64,000 nt of DNA from Candidatus Woesearchaeota archaeon (GCA_046704725.1 JBJKRI010000004.1:86091-150090), one strand, 5' to 3'; shown: positions 8,803 through 22,715, counted from the first letter of the stretch. Made by a program: numbers and translations. Notes: generated by a model not told the origin, from the sequence alone.

Positions 8803-11190
8803 TTAGCGCCTCCGCAGCGCGAGCACGCGGCGCACGCTCACTTCAAGGACGAGGAGCACCAACGCGATGAGGAGCAAGGGCCAGGCGATCTGCACATGCT
8901 CGACACGCTGGAGCTTCTGCGCGGTCTTGACCTGTGTGATGATGGCGTCCACGGCGCTCGTGGGGAACACCCTCCCGCCGCTGAGGTTCAATGCCTGTGC
9001 AAGAGCGGGAGACACTCCGACACCAGCGTACTCGGCAGGATAGTTCACGGCGTACTGCGCACCGAGCACAGTATAGACCCCTGTCGTGTTCGGCGTGAGC
9101 GTCGCGACGTACGTCTGGGGACTTTTCGGGACGAACGTGAGGTTTGCTCCCTGTGGGACCTGTTCGCTGCGCACGGTCACAGAGAGGGGTGCGCCGACGG
9201 TGCCGTCCTGGACGGCGACCTGGAATGAGTCCTTGCGCTGCGGATCGCCGATTGCCCAGTTGATGGTGCGCGACAAGAGCTTGCTGTTGGTGCCGGAGAG
9301 CAACGCTCCGAGATCGGGGCCGTTGTAGCCGGTGATGGAAGCCACGCGCCCCACGCCATAGTTCCAGACGGTGAGTATCGGGTCGCCGCCGTTGCTCGTG
9401 ACGAGTTCCTCGCTGCCTGGCTTGGGAGCGACCTGGTTATAGCCGTAGAGCACCGCGTCCATGTTCTGCACGTTCGGATCGCTCGTGATGAAATGGTATT
9501 GGTTAAGCACCACCGCGTCGAAAGCGTCTCCCTGACTGATATTGACTGGCTTGCCGAAGAGGATGGACAGCCGGTTCGCCTGTGTGGCCTTGAAGTACGC
9601 GCCGCCCCCCGCCGCCGCAATCTGCTGCAGCGCTGCCTGTCCGCCGGGATCGCTACCGACCTGGACGGTGAAGACCCGGCCGCCCTGCGCGGCGAGAAGC
9701 TTGCTCGCGGCGACCGCCTGCTGGACGTCCTGGGGTCCGGTGATGCCGTCGCTGATCAATATGATATTCTTGCTGCCGGAGCGCCCCTCGAGCATCTTCA
9801 CAGCGCCCTGCACGCCCGTCGAGACCGATGTCCCGCCAGTGATATTGAGCCGTGAGACCTTGTCGATGATCGATTGCTTGTTGTTCCCGAGCTCCTGCAC
9901 GGGCGTGATGACGCACGCGCCGCTGCACGAGCCGCCGTAGTTCGGAGATGGATAGGTGAACGCGAGCGTCCCCACATAGTTCGAGGGGTTGAGCTCCTTG
10001 ATGACGCTGATGCCCAAGCTCTTCTCGAGCGTCTGCAGTCCGGTCGTGTGCACGGTGCTCTGCGAGAAGTCCATGGCGATGACGATGTTCGCGCCGCCCG
10101 GCGTGCGCGTGCCCGCGCCCACGCGCACAGGCAGCAAGGTCTCGAGCACGCTGTTATGGTACCCGCCCTGGTCGTAGCTATGCTGTCCTCCCACCACGAC
10201 AAGCCCGTTGCCAGCGAGCACATACGGGCCCAACCGGGCAGCGTCGATCGTCGATGCAGGCATGTCGTTGAGGATGACCGCGTAGTAGCGCGAGAGGTTT
10301 TGCGGCAAGCTCGAGACGCGCGTCGCGTTGTACAGGCTGTTCACGATCTTCCATAACCCGGAATCCTTCTGCGTCACGTACAACACCTGGGGCTTACGGA
10401 CCACGCTCACCGTGTGCGTGAACACGTTGTTCTGGGAGAAGTGGTCATTGTCGAGGATCTTCGCGGTGATCGTGTGCTGGCCCTCGATGAACGGCTGCTT
10501 GAGAACGAACGTGTCCTGCTTGTACTCGCCGTCGTACGCGACCTGTCCGTCAACGGATATCCGTAAGTGGACTGGTTGGTCGTCTGTGCGCGACAGCATA
10601 ATGGTATAGTCCGTGTCGACGCCAGCGACAGCCTTCGAAGGTCCTTCGATGGTGACCGCCGCGTCGTGATGCGTAACAGGAAGGACGGCCGCGTTGAGCG
10701 TCGCGTTCATCCCTGCGGCGAACGATGCCACGCTTCCCAGCGACGGGCCATCGGTCACCTGTCCGTCCGTGACGAGCAAGAGGTTCTCGTCCTGGGTCAC
10801 GTATGACAAAGTGTCTGTCCCGAGCGTGGAGCGCATTGGCTGGCCGATGGTGCGCACCGTGACCGGGACTTTTTGCTTGAGCGCGTCGATGAACGACGGA
10901 ATGCTCCCTTGGTCGAAGACGGACATGCTCGTGCTATTGTCCACGAGGACGGTGATGTGCGGCTCGCCCGGGCTGAAAGAGGTCTTGTCTATAGACGGTT
11001 GTGCGAGCGCGGCGACGAGCAGCACGATGATCAAGGTGCGCGTCACGAGCAGGAGCGCACGCACGAATCCCCGTCCGGAACGCTGCTGCGCAAAGGCGTC
11101 CCGAGGGAGGAAGTCCCTCGAGAGCAGCCAGAAGACGAACGCGATGAGCGCGGGCGCGACAAGCAAATACCATGGATGAGCGAAGTACAC
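8803..11190 (-). CDS. BatA-like/VWA membrane protein with central GATase-like domain
   Basis: F.HPWYLL start, LVDNSTSM MIDAS, GNGLVVVGGQHSY..GGY...LETLLPV, second VWA (DFSQS..GGT..LISDG), YGVGRV, C-terminal TM. Confidence 0.85.
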   Translation of the reverse strand: MYFAHPWYLLVAPALIAFVFWLLSRDFLPRDAFAQQRSGRGFVRALLLVTRTLIIVLLVAALAQPSIDKTSFSPGEPHITVLVDNSTSMSVFDQGSIPSFIDALKQKVPVTVRTIGQPMRSTLGTDTLSYVTQDENLLLVTDGQVTDGPSLGSVASFAAGMNATLNAAVLPVTHHDAAVTIEGPSKAVAGVDTDYTIMLSRTDDQPVHLRISVDGQVAYDGEYKQDTFVLKQPFIEGQHTITAKILDNDHFSQNNVFTHTVSVVRKPQVLYVTQKDSGLWKIVNSLYNATRVSSLPQNLSRYYAVILNDMPASTIDAARLGPYVLAGNGLVVVGGQHSYDQGGYHNSVLETLLPVRVGAGTRTPGGANIVIAMDFSQSTVHTTGLQTLEKSLGISVIKELNPSNYVGTLAFTYPSPNYGGSCSGACVITPVQELGNNKQSIIDKVSRLNITGGTSVSTGVQGAVKMLEGRSGSKNIILISDGITGPQDVQQAVAASKLLAAQGGRVFTVQVGSDPGGQAALQQIAAAGGGAYFKATQANRLSILFGKPVNISQGDAFDAVVLNQYHFITSDPNVQNMDAVLYGYNQVAPKPGSEELVTSNGGDPILTVWNYGVGRVASITGYNGPDLGALLSGTNSKLLSRTINWAIGDPQRKDSFQVAVQDGTVGAPLSVTVRSEQVPQGANLTFVPKSPQTYVATLTPNTTGVYTVLGAQYAVNYPAEYAGVGVSPALAQALNLSGGRVFPTSAVDAIITQVKTAQKLQRVEHVQIAWPLLLIALVLLVLEVSVRRVLALRRR

Positions 11191-13010
11191 TAGATGTCAC
11201 CTCGCCATTTCATGTATCCGAGCTCCACTATCAGGAGCGCGAGCACAGCGAGTATCGCGTATCCGCTGTACTCTGCGCGGTCGAACTGCGGGGCGCGGAG
11301 AAGCGAGCGCTGCTCCCCCGAACTGAGCACGGGCACGTTGATGTCTGATTCGGCGGCATCGAGAAGGTTCGCTGCGACATCGCCCTGCTCCGTGCGATAG
11401 ACTCCCTGCTCTGCGAGCAGTATCTGGCCGTTCTGCGTGGAGCCGTCCGGCAGTTGCACCTGGCCGCCGAACGACGCGATCTCGCCAGTCTGCCTGTTCA
11501 GCGTTCGCACGTCCTGACGGCCGAGGAGCTGGTCGAGCGCGTCCTTCCAAAAGACTGGATAGTCCGGGCTCTGGGAGAAGCTCGCTGTCGCCGGCAGGCC
11601 GTACCACAGCACGGTACCCGCGCCGGTCGGGGAGAACGCGATGAGCGGGTCGCCCGCAGGGGATTGCGCGACCGTCTGCAGTGCGCGCGACGGGTGCGCT
11701 GCGAAACTGCTCGGCGTGCTGCCGAAATCGAGCCCTGTGTATGCTTTGAGGAGTTGCGTGTTCACGACTGGGCTCGCGCCCTTTCTCGAGATGAACGTTA
11801 CCGGCAGCAGGTCCCCATAGCCGATGCCGAACACGTCTGGCTGCGACATGACGATCGCCGCTCCTCCCTGCCGGACGCGTTGCAACGTGTCGCGCGCGGT
11901 CTGCCCGACGAACAGTGCCGAGCTGACGTTATCGAATATCACCACGTCCTGGTCTATGGTGACCAAGGCTGGTGGTTTGTTGACGCTCAACGCGATATGC
12001 AGGGGTGTGGTGCGATTGATGCTGCGCAGCGCGTACCACAGTGGCGTCTTGGTGAAATCCCCGTTGGTCACCACGAGGACTTTCGCCTGGTCCTTCTCAG
12101 GCGTGGAGAACTCGACCTGATTGTCGAGCGGGAACGCGTCCTTCGTGTCGATGGTGACTTTGGTGATTCCCGCCCCGAGCGTGATGGCGCGCTGCACGGT
12201 CTGCTGCGGACCGATGGTGAGGGGTGCGCACGCGTTGTTCGCGCACAGTTGCGTGGTGACGCTTGTGGTGCGGTAGTTCTTGATGATGAGTGTTGCGTTG
12301 GATTCGCTGAGCGTCGCGCTCACGATGCCCACATTATCCGTCGAGGGGGTGTGCGTGCCTACCTGCGCCGCTTGGACGTCGTAGCCGCGTGCTTGCACGG
12401 TCGCGATAGCGTCTTCATAGTTCGTCGGGTCCTCTGTATCCGCGAAGTCGCTCACGATCACCACGCGCTCTCCGGGCGATGCGTATTCTTGGGCGGCGAG
12501 GATGGCTGAGCTGAGCTGCGTGGGCTGGTCCGAGGGCGTCCACGATTCGATGAACGCGCGCGCCGATTCCCGAGAGACATCCTTGAGCGGGACGCGGGGG
12601 ATCGCTCCGGCGAGGATGATCGTGTCCTTGGGTCCGAGGCGGTCTATCGCGTCTTGTCGCTCCTGGATGAAGCGTGGGGTCCCTCCGTCCAGGGCGTGCA
12701 TTGACGCACTGTCATCGAGGACGACGACGGTGTTGGTGGTGCTGCCCGGGAACAGGACGAACGGGCGTGCCAGCGCGACGGCGAGTCCGATGACCGCGAG
12801 CACCTGGAGCACGAGCAGCAGGTCGCGGAACAGATAGCGGAAGAAGTTCAGGAAGCTCCGTTTGTCCCTGTCGCGCATGAGGAACATGAGCGACGGTATC
12901 GTCTGTGTCCGCGGCTTGGGACGGAGCAGATAGAGCAGGAATATGGGGATGAGGCCGAGCAGGCCGAGAAGACCCAGAGGGTCGCCGAAGATGCTGGAGA
13001 GTGCGGGCAC
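11190..13010 (-). CDS. BatA and VWA domain membrane protein
   Basis: PLGLLGLLGLIPIFLLYLLRP..IPSLMF, LARP, VLDDSASM, VSDF, C-terminal TM (LLIVE). Confidence 0.85.
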   Translation of the reverse strand: MPALSSIFGDPLGLLGLLGLIPIFLLYLLRPKPRTQTIPSLMFLMRDRDKRSFLNFFRYLFRDLLLVLQVLAVIGLAVALARPFVLFPGSTTNTVVVLDDSASMHALDGGTPRFIQERQDAIDRLGPKDTIILAGAIPRVPLKDVSRESARAFIESWTPSDQPTQLSSAILAAQEYASPGERVVIVSDFADTEDPTNYEDAIATVQARGYDVQAAQVGTHTPSTDNVGIVSATLSESNATLIIKNYRTTSVTTQLCANNACAPLTIGPQQTVQRAITLGAGITKVTIDTKDAFPLDNQVEFSTPEKDQAKVLVVTNGDFTKTPLWYALRSINRTTPLHIALSVNKPPALVTIDQDVVIFDNVSSALFVGQTARDTLQRVRQGGAAIVMSQPDVFGIGYGDLLPVTFISRKGASPVVNTQLLKAYTGLDFGSTPSSFAAHPSRALQTVAQSPAGDPLIAFSPTGAGTVLWYGLPATASFSQSPDYPVFWKDALDQLLGRQDVRTLNRQTGEIASFGGQVQLPDGSTQNGQILLAEQGVYRTEQGDVAANLLDAAESDINVPVLSSGEQRSLLRAPQFDRAEYSGYAILAVLALLIVELGYMKWRGDI

Positions 13011-13091
13011 GCGTGTTCTGGAGGCGCGGTCCTTTTAAAGGCTTTTGCGGGACGATAGGTTTAAGTAGTTAGAGTACTATCTAGTAGTAAT

Positions 13092-13517
13092 ATGAATCGC
13101 ATCATCGCATTCATCCTCGCGGCCGCGCTGAGCGTGACGTTCGCGAGCGCCTATATCGGTTGGGGATACACCGCTTCACCGTACGGCTACGGCTCGAACT
13201 ACGGCGCGTACGGCTATTACGGCCTCTCGCAGTGGAACGCAGGTTACGGATACTCGGGCTACGGCTACGGATATGCGGGCTACTACGGCTCGGGAAGCAT
13301 CGGCTCTCCCTCGACATGGGGAAACTACGTGAATAGCCCGTTCGGCTACGCACCCACAGCCACTCAGTACTGCGAGAACCAGAACACCTACGGTCACTGG
13401 GACACCTACACGAACCAGTTCTACAGCGGCATGACCGGACAGGTGCGCTCCCCATGGAACGCACAGGCGAACGGCGGCTGCTACGGACTGTACCAGTACA
13501 ACCCGACGTACTACTAG
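13092..13517 (+). CDS. secreted Tyr/Gly-rich low-complexity protein 1
   Basis: Signal peptide ending ASA, GYG/YG repeats, consistent TAC/GGC codon use, TTTAAGTA upstream. Confidence 0.8.
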   Translation: MNRIIAFILAAALSVTFASAYIGWGYTASPYGYGSNYGAYGYYGLSQWNAGYGYSGYGYGYAGYYGSGSIGSPSTWGNYVNSPFGYAPTATQYCENQNTYGHWDTYTNQFYSGMTGQVRSPWNAQANGGCYGLYQYNPTYY

Positions 13518-13527
13518 GGCAAGGATT

Positions 13528-13971
13528 ATGAAGCGCGAAGACATGCTCAAGAACGTGAAACGCGCAGGGATCATCATCGGCGCTGTCGCGATATTCCTGA
13601 TGACGGTCTTCGCCGCGACGGCGACGACCGCCTACTGGTACGACGACTCCGGTTGCACCGGTATGTACGGATGCAGTCCATACACCTATGGATATGGATA
13701 CGGCAACACCTACGGCTACGGCAACGCGTATGGCTACGGACAGCCGTGCAACACCTACGGATACGGACAGATGCCGTGCGGCCACCAGCAACCGATCATC
13801 CTCACCAACTACGGCGGAAGCAGCCCATACGGCGCGCAATACAACCCTTATGGCTCCCAGTACTATCCGTACGGCGGATACTCCTACCCATACAGTGGGT
13901 ACGGACAATGGAGCCCCGTCCTGTTCAATAGCTACCAGCAGGACTACACGGGCTTCAACCGCTACTACTAG
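13528..13971 (+). CDS. secreted Tyr/Gly-rich low-complexity protein 2
   Basis: Signal peptide ending near TTA, YGYG(N/Q) repeats, four Cys; alternative start at 13543. Confidence 0.8.
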   Translation: MKREDMLKNVKRAGIIIGAVAIFLMTVFAATATTAYWYDDSGCTGMYGCSPYTYGYGYGNTYGYGNAYGYGQPCNTYGYGQMPCGHQQPIILTNYGGSSPYGAQYNPYGSQYYPYGGYSYPYSGYGQWSPVLFNSYQQDYTGFNRYY

Positions 13972-14960
13972 ACGCGGACCGGGACCTCGTCGGTGCGTTC
14001 ATACGGATCGATGCCCGCTTTCGAAGGAATGTGCGTGATGCCCTTCCCGAACAATTCCAGACCGAGCAAGGCGATCATCGCGCCGTTATCGACGAGGAAC
14101 TGCTTCTCGGGACAGAAATACCGCGCGCCGCGGGCCTCGCACATGATACGGCACATCTCCTGGAGGCAAGCGTTGCAGGCCACGCCACCACCGAGGACCA
14201 AGGCATCCTTCTGCGTGTGGGCGAGCGCGCGCTCGGCCACCTCGATGAGCATGGAAAAGGCGGTCTCCTGGACGGCGAACGCGATCGCGGCGGGCTTCTC
14301 TCCTCGCTCTATCAGTTTCCGCACAGCGGTCTGCATGCCGGAGTACGAGACGTCCATGCCCTTGACGGCGTACGGCAGCTCGAGCAACGGACCGTCGTAA
14401 TCAGCGGCGAGACGTTCAAGCTTAGGCCCGCCAGGAAAGCCCAGCCCCAAGAGCCGCGCCACCGTATCGAGAAAGTTCCCCACGCCCAGGTCGAGGGTCT
14501 CGCCGAAGATGCGGTACGCACCGCCCTCGCGCGCGATGACCTGTGTGTTCGCTCCTGATGCATAGAGGAGGACTGGATCGTCCTCGTGGCCCTGGACGCG
14601 ACCGATCTCCAGATGGGCGACGCAATGATTGACGCCGACCAGGGGCTTTTTGTAGCGCAAGGCGAGGCTGCGGGCGACGCCAGCGCCGATGCGCAAGGCA
14701 TGGCCGATGCCCGGCGAACGAGCGTACGAGATAAGATCGATATCTTGAATCGATACTCCCGCCTCCCCGAGCGCTTTTCGGACGATGTCGGGCCCGACGC
14801 GCACATGATGCTCGGAGAGCTTGGCCGGGACCAGTCCACCGGTCTTCGTCGTGAACAGGTCGCGGACGTTCGAGAGGATGAGCGGATCGCCACCCTCCTT
14901 CTTAACGACACTCGCGCCGAAGGTATGCGCGGTGGACTCGATACCCAGGCAGAGCGTCAT
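13968..14960 (-). CDS. kae1: tRNA t6A threonylcarbamoyltransferase Kae1/TsaD
   Basis: LGIESTAHT, HCVAH, SGANTQ, GETLD, PGGP, GGGVACN, DNGAMIA, RTDEV. Confidence 0.96.
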   Translation of the reverse strand: MTLCLGIESTAHTFGASVVKKEGGDPLILSNVRDLFTTKTGGLVPAKLSEHHVRVGPDIVRKALGEAGVSIQDIDLISYARSPGIGHALRIGAGVARSLALRYKKPLVGVNHCVAHLEIGRVQGHEDDPVLLYASGANTQVIAREGGAYRIFGETLDLGVGNFLDTVARLLGLGFPGGPKLERLAADYDGPLLELPYAVKGMDVSYSGMQTAVRKLIERGEKPAAIAFAVQETAFSMLIEVAERALAHTQKDALVLGGGVACNACLQEMCRIMCEARGARYFCPEKQFLVDNGAMIALLGLELFGKGITHIPSKAGIDPYERTDEVPVRV

Positions 14961-15010
14961 GCAGGGGTGGGACAGTAAGCGCTTAAAAACCTGCGGGGCT
15001 TCTCCCGCGT

Positions 15011-15580
15011 ATGGATGACGAAGGAGCGCTCCTGCAGCGCGCCGCAGAGCGCTTCGGCAGGGAGGAACGGATATCCAAAGCCTTGCAGACGGCCAAGCAC
15101 GCCCACGACGGGCAGCACCGGAAGACCGGCGAGCCATTCCACAATCACGTCATCGCTGTGGCGTTGGAAGCAGTAGGGATAGACCATCCCGCGGTGGACG
15201 TCGACACGGTGATAGCGGCGCTGTTGCACGACGTCGTAGAGGACACGACGATGACCAACCCCGACGTTGTCGCGCTCTACGGGGTCGACGTCGCCCGCAT
15301 CGTGGAGGGCGTGACCGACCCGCGCCTCGGGGACACGCGGGAGGAGCGAGACGAAGCGTTCCTCGCGCACGTGAAGCGTACCGGACGAGAGGACGTGCGC
15401 GTCCTGCTCGTCAAGCTGGCCGACCAGCTCGACAACACCAAGACGCTCGAGGTGCACGATCCCGAACGTCGCCGTGAGCTCGCCCGACAAGCCATCCTAT
15501 GGTATGCGCCCATCGCGAACGAGCTTGGCCTGCCGCGGGTCGCGGAACGGCTCGAGCACCAAGCCCGGAAACATCTCTAG
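15011..15580 (+). CDS. stand-alone RelA/SpoT-type HD-domain hydrolase
   Basis: AHDGQHRKTGEPF..H, AALLHDVVEDT, VEGVT, VKLAD.LDN, YAPIA..LGL. Confidence 0.85.
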   Translation: MDDEGALLQRAAERFGREERISKALQTAKHAHDGQHRKTGEPFHNHVIAVALEAVGIDHPAVDVDTVIAALLHDVVEDTTMTNPDVVALYGVDVARIVEGVTDPRLGDTREERDEAFLAHVKRTGREDVRVLLVKLADQLDNTKTLEVHDPERRRELARQAILWYAPIANELGLPRVAERLEHQARKHL

Positions 15581-15870
15581 ACGATGGACGCGGTGAATCC
15601 ATCGATCGCGCGAGAGAGCGCCCGATGTGCGGCCTTCTCGATATATCCCAGATCATACGAGAGGTCTATCACAGCGGCCAGCACGCAGACATCTTTTTCC
15701 AGCATCTCCTTCGGCTGCAGATCGCGATCGTATTGGTACGCGTGGATGAGCAGGTCGATGAGGCACGCTTGCAGGACGGCCTGCAGTTCGATGTCTTCCG
15801 CGGGAATGATGCCATCCACGGGCGGATAGCAGTCGAGCACGAGGTTCCGTGCGGCCTTCGCGACGGTCAT
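15577..15870 (-). CDS. four-helix-bundle protein, Avd/23S-rRNA-IVP-like
   Basis: All-helical 97 aa with V.KAA.NL.L..YP.V....E...L and LSYDLGYI.....LS..I patterns, recognised by eye. Confidence 0.55.
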   Translation of the reverse strand: MTVAKAARNLVLDCYPPVDGIIPAEDIELQAVLQACLIDLLIHAYQYDRDLQPKEMLEKDVCVLAAVIDLSYDLGYIEKAAHRALSRAIDGFTASIV

Positions 15871-16009
15871 GGGAATGGACACGAGACCATGGCTTTTACG
15901 CCTGGCGGGCGCATGTCCGGAAAGAGCCGTGCGGCAAGAGAAGAGGTACGGACAGATAATCAAGAAAAAATGATGTCGTGCATAGGAACGGACCAGCCAA
16001 AGACATGGT

Positions 16010-18898
<2,889 letters not shown>

Positions 18899-19105
18899 AC
18901 CTTCCATATTTTACTTTGGGATTTGGTCCGTTCCTATGCACGACGTCATGAATATGAGCGATCCGCGCATCAACTGCGTGCGCGCGGGTCATATCTCGGT
19001 CTCCCGCCGGCAGCTTTCGATTGCCGACGAGTCCTCCATCGGAGGCGGTTTCATGAATCGCGGAAAACGGCCGAGCCGAATCCCCACCGCATCGTCCGGA
19101 GACGA

Positions 19106-19178
19106 TGGACTCGTCGGGAGTCGAACCCGAGGCCTCCCGCTTGCAAAGCGGGCGCTCTACCGACTGAGCTACGAGCCC
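19106..19178 (-). tRNA. tRNA-Ala(TGC) in the 16S-23S spacer
   Basis: GGGCTCG...CCCGC-TT-TGC-AA-GCGGG...GGTTCGACTCC-CGAGTCCA cloverleaf with G3:U70. Confidence 0.97.
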
Positions 19179-19304
19179 ATCCGGTGGGTTTTCCGCGAAG
19201 GATGAATGTGAGTAGGCGTTTAGGAGCCAGCGCTCTTTCCTGAGCGATTTCACAGGACGCGTGGTATGCGTCCGATTGTTGTTCCATATTCTTGAGGAAT
19301 ATGA

Positions 19305-20775
<1,471 letters not shown>

Positions 20776-21000
20776 TCATTGGAAACGATCGCACGCTCAT
20801 ATTTGGAATTAGCGCTGTTACACGCTCCTAAACGACCTACAAGTACCGAACCGCGGGTCCGGCACGCGAGCACGCCGTCAAGTTGCACACAACAGCGCTA
20901 CTCAGACGCTCCTTGCGGAGCTGCACGTCCGGCCAAAGCCGGACCGGTGGTGATTGTACGCCATCGCACTGCGCGGCGCACATCCAGGGCGAAACTCAGG

Positions 21001-21012
21001 CCATTTAAAAGG
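21001..21012 (-). promoter_or_regulatory. probable TATA box of the rRNA operon
   Basis: TTTTAAAT on the minus strand about 230 nt upstream of the 16S start, in a GC-rich background. Confidence 0.6.
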
Positions 21013-21021
21013 CTTGCGGTG

Positions 21022-21762
21022 TCAGCTCCGCTCCGTCTTCTTCAGCCAGGCCTCGAACTCCGGAAAACGGACTGGTTTTGGGATCCAAGGCGCATCAAGA
21101 AACGTCTTCATCACTCGCACCGCGGTCCTAATGGACCGTTCAGGATACGAATTGATCCTTCCTCCTGAGGTTCCAAGAGAGACCACTGTGCATCGCTCGA
21201 CAGTGTCGTACGACACCGCTACCGACACCAGATCCGTCTGGTCGAACAGATCCGAGAGCAGATCTCTCATTTGTGTATGGCCGAACTGATGGTGCAAGAG
21301 CAGCACAGACCCTTCTGAGACTATCACCAACGGCCGGATCATACCATCAGAGATGTATGCCTTCCACAACGGACGCGTGATGCTCTCGGGCAGGTCGTGG
21401 AGCCTGCTCAGCCGTTCGGACGCGAGCATCTTCACAGCGGCGGCTGCATGGGAGAGCGGTCCGCCGCTCTGCATCCGCGAAGCCGATTCCAAGACCGTCG
21501 TATCGAGGTCGCGGACACGCGCGAATTTCACGAAGAGCGCAGCGGCTTGACGCAGCTCATTATCGACTATCGAGAGGAGGCGAAACTGCGGGTCATCGAC
21601 CCAGAATTGAGCCGTGGCGTGCACGACCTGCGTCTGTTGGACGAACCGCTCAATATCCGCTGCATGAAGCCGACCCAGCGAGCCTTCGGAAAAGACGCGA
21701 GCAGCGGCGTCATGCAGGGCGGAGAAGCTCGCATGCAGAAAGATGGCATAATCCGCAAACAT
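21022..21762 (-). CDS. hypothetical protein
   Basis: 246-aa ORF downstream of a TTTTAAAA box; no recognisable motif. Confidence 0.6.
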   Translation of the reverse strand: MFADYAIFLHASFSALHDAAARVFSEGSLGRLHAADIERFVQQTQVVHATAQFWVDDPQFRLLSIVDNELRQAAALFVKFARVRDLDTTVLESASRMQSGGPLSHAAAAVKMLASERLSRLHDLPESITRPLWKAYISDGMIRPLVIVSEGSVLLLHHQFGHTQMRDLLSDLFDQTDLVSVAVSYDTVERCTVVSLGTSGGRINSYPERSIRTAVRVMKTFLDAPWIPKPVRFPEFEAWLKKTERS

Positions 21763-21968
21763 ACTGTTGACCCGCAATTCGGGGTTTTAAAAGGTTCTCA
21801 AAACCTGCTTGTTCCTGCGACGACGCATCTCCTTCTAGAACGAGAGGTCGTCATCATCATCAATGGCTGGCTGCTGGGTGCGCGTCTCCTTCTCTCTTGC
21901 CAAGCGATGGGATTCGAGCATCCATCGGGTCGCGGCTTCGTAGAGACGCTGGTTCTTCTCGAGCAGGA

Positions 21969-22283
21969 TCATGGCTTCCTCTCCAAGTGCATAACGGGCT
22001 TGAGGGGTGACTGCAAGGCGATACACGTACACCTCCTTCCCTTCAGAGTCATCAGGAATCGTCCGTCTCTGTAGACGTGATTTTCCAGCATCTGCTCAAG
22101 AAGCGGCATGAATCTTCGGCCGCATGCGGAGTCTCCTTCACAGGAAACCTGGTACGTGCCCAGCATCGGAAAATCCTCTGGAGGATTCCAGCCCGGTTCT
22201 TCAAGGAATTGCTGGTCCGGCACAAAGTGCGCTGTGACGATCTTCTCGTTGAGCGTTCCGGCATAAATACACGAAAAAACCAC
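21969..22283 (-). CDS. hypothetical protein (possibly frameshifted, continuing to 21835)
   Basis: ORF downstream of ATAAATA; an overlapping second frame ends in an acidic tail at 21835. Confidence 0.4.
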   Translation of the reverse strand: MVFSCIYAGTLNEKIVTAHFVPDQQFLEEPGWNPPEDFPMLGTYQVSCEGDSACGRRFMPLLEQMLENHVYRDGRFLMTLKGRRCTCIALQSPLKPVMHLERKP

Positions 22284-22309
22284 AGAAAGTATTTATCACT
22301 GCCGGATGC

Positions 22310-22411
22310 TTATTTGTTCCTGCGGCGGCGCTTCTCTTTCTTCATGCGCTTGCGCTGCCACTTCCAGCGCATCTGGCCCTTCTTCTTCCAGCGTCGGGAA
22401 CTGCGTTTCAT
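22310..22411 (-). CDS. rpl41e: ribosomal protein L41e (eS32), not in ORF track
   Basis: Manual translation MKRSSRRWKKKGQMRWKWQRKRMKKEKRRRRNK; TTTAAAAA about 25 nt upstream. Confidence 0.88.
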   Translation of the reverse strand: MKRSSRRWKKKGQMRWKWQRKRMKKEKRRRRNK

Positions 22412-22463
22412 CTGCTCGTGGCGAATCGCAGGCGGTTTTTAAAGCTGTGGGTTCCGCGGACTC

Positions 22464-22715
22464 TCAGATGCCGAAGCTATCGAAGAGCTCTTGCGCCCTG
22501 CGGTACTGCGCGAGGAAGCGACGGCCCTTCTCGGTGATGTTGATGAGGTCGTTTTTCTGTTCGACCAGGCCCGATTCCTCGAGCTCCTCGAGGAGCTTTT
22601 TCATGCGAGGATGCGAGAGGTTCGCCTTGTAGAGCAGGTGCGTCGGCTTGCGGGGCTTCTCCGAGAGGACGGACAACATGTCCGCGATCGTTTCGCGCTT
22701 GGTGCGTTTAGCCAC
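22464..22715 (-). CDS. winged helix-turn-helix transcriptional regulator
   Basis: KRTK.E.IAD.L...THLLYKANLS...L.EL...GLV...ITEKGRRFL. Confidence 0.88.
   Translation of the reverse strand: MAKRTKRETIADMLSVLSEKPRKPTHLLYKANLSHPRMKKLLEELEESGLVEQKNDLINITEKGRRFLAQYRRAQELFDSFGI

Noticed and set aside
18960-19105. GC-rich hairpins in the tRNA-Ala to 23S spacer as a separate ncRNA
   Set aside because: No recognisable SRP, RNase P, 5S or C/D-box motifs; consistent with ordinary spacer structure.
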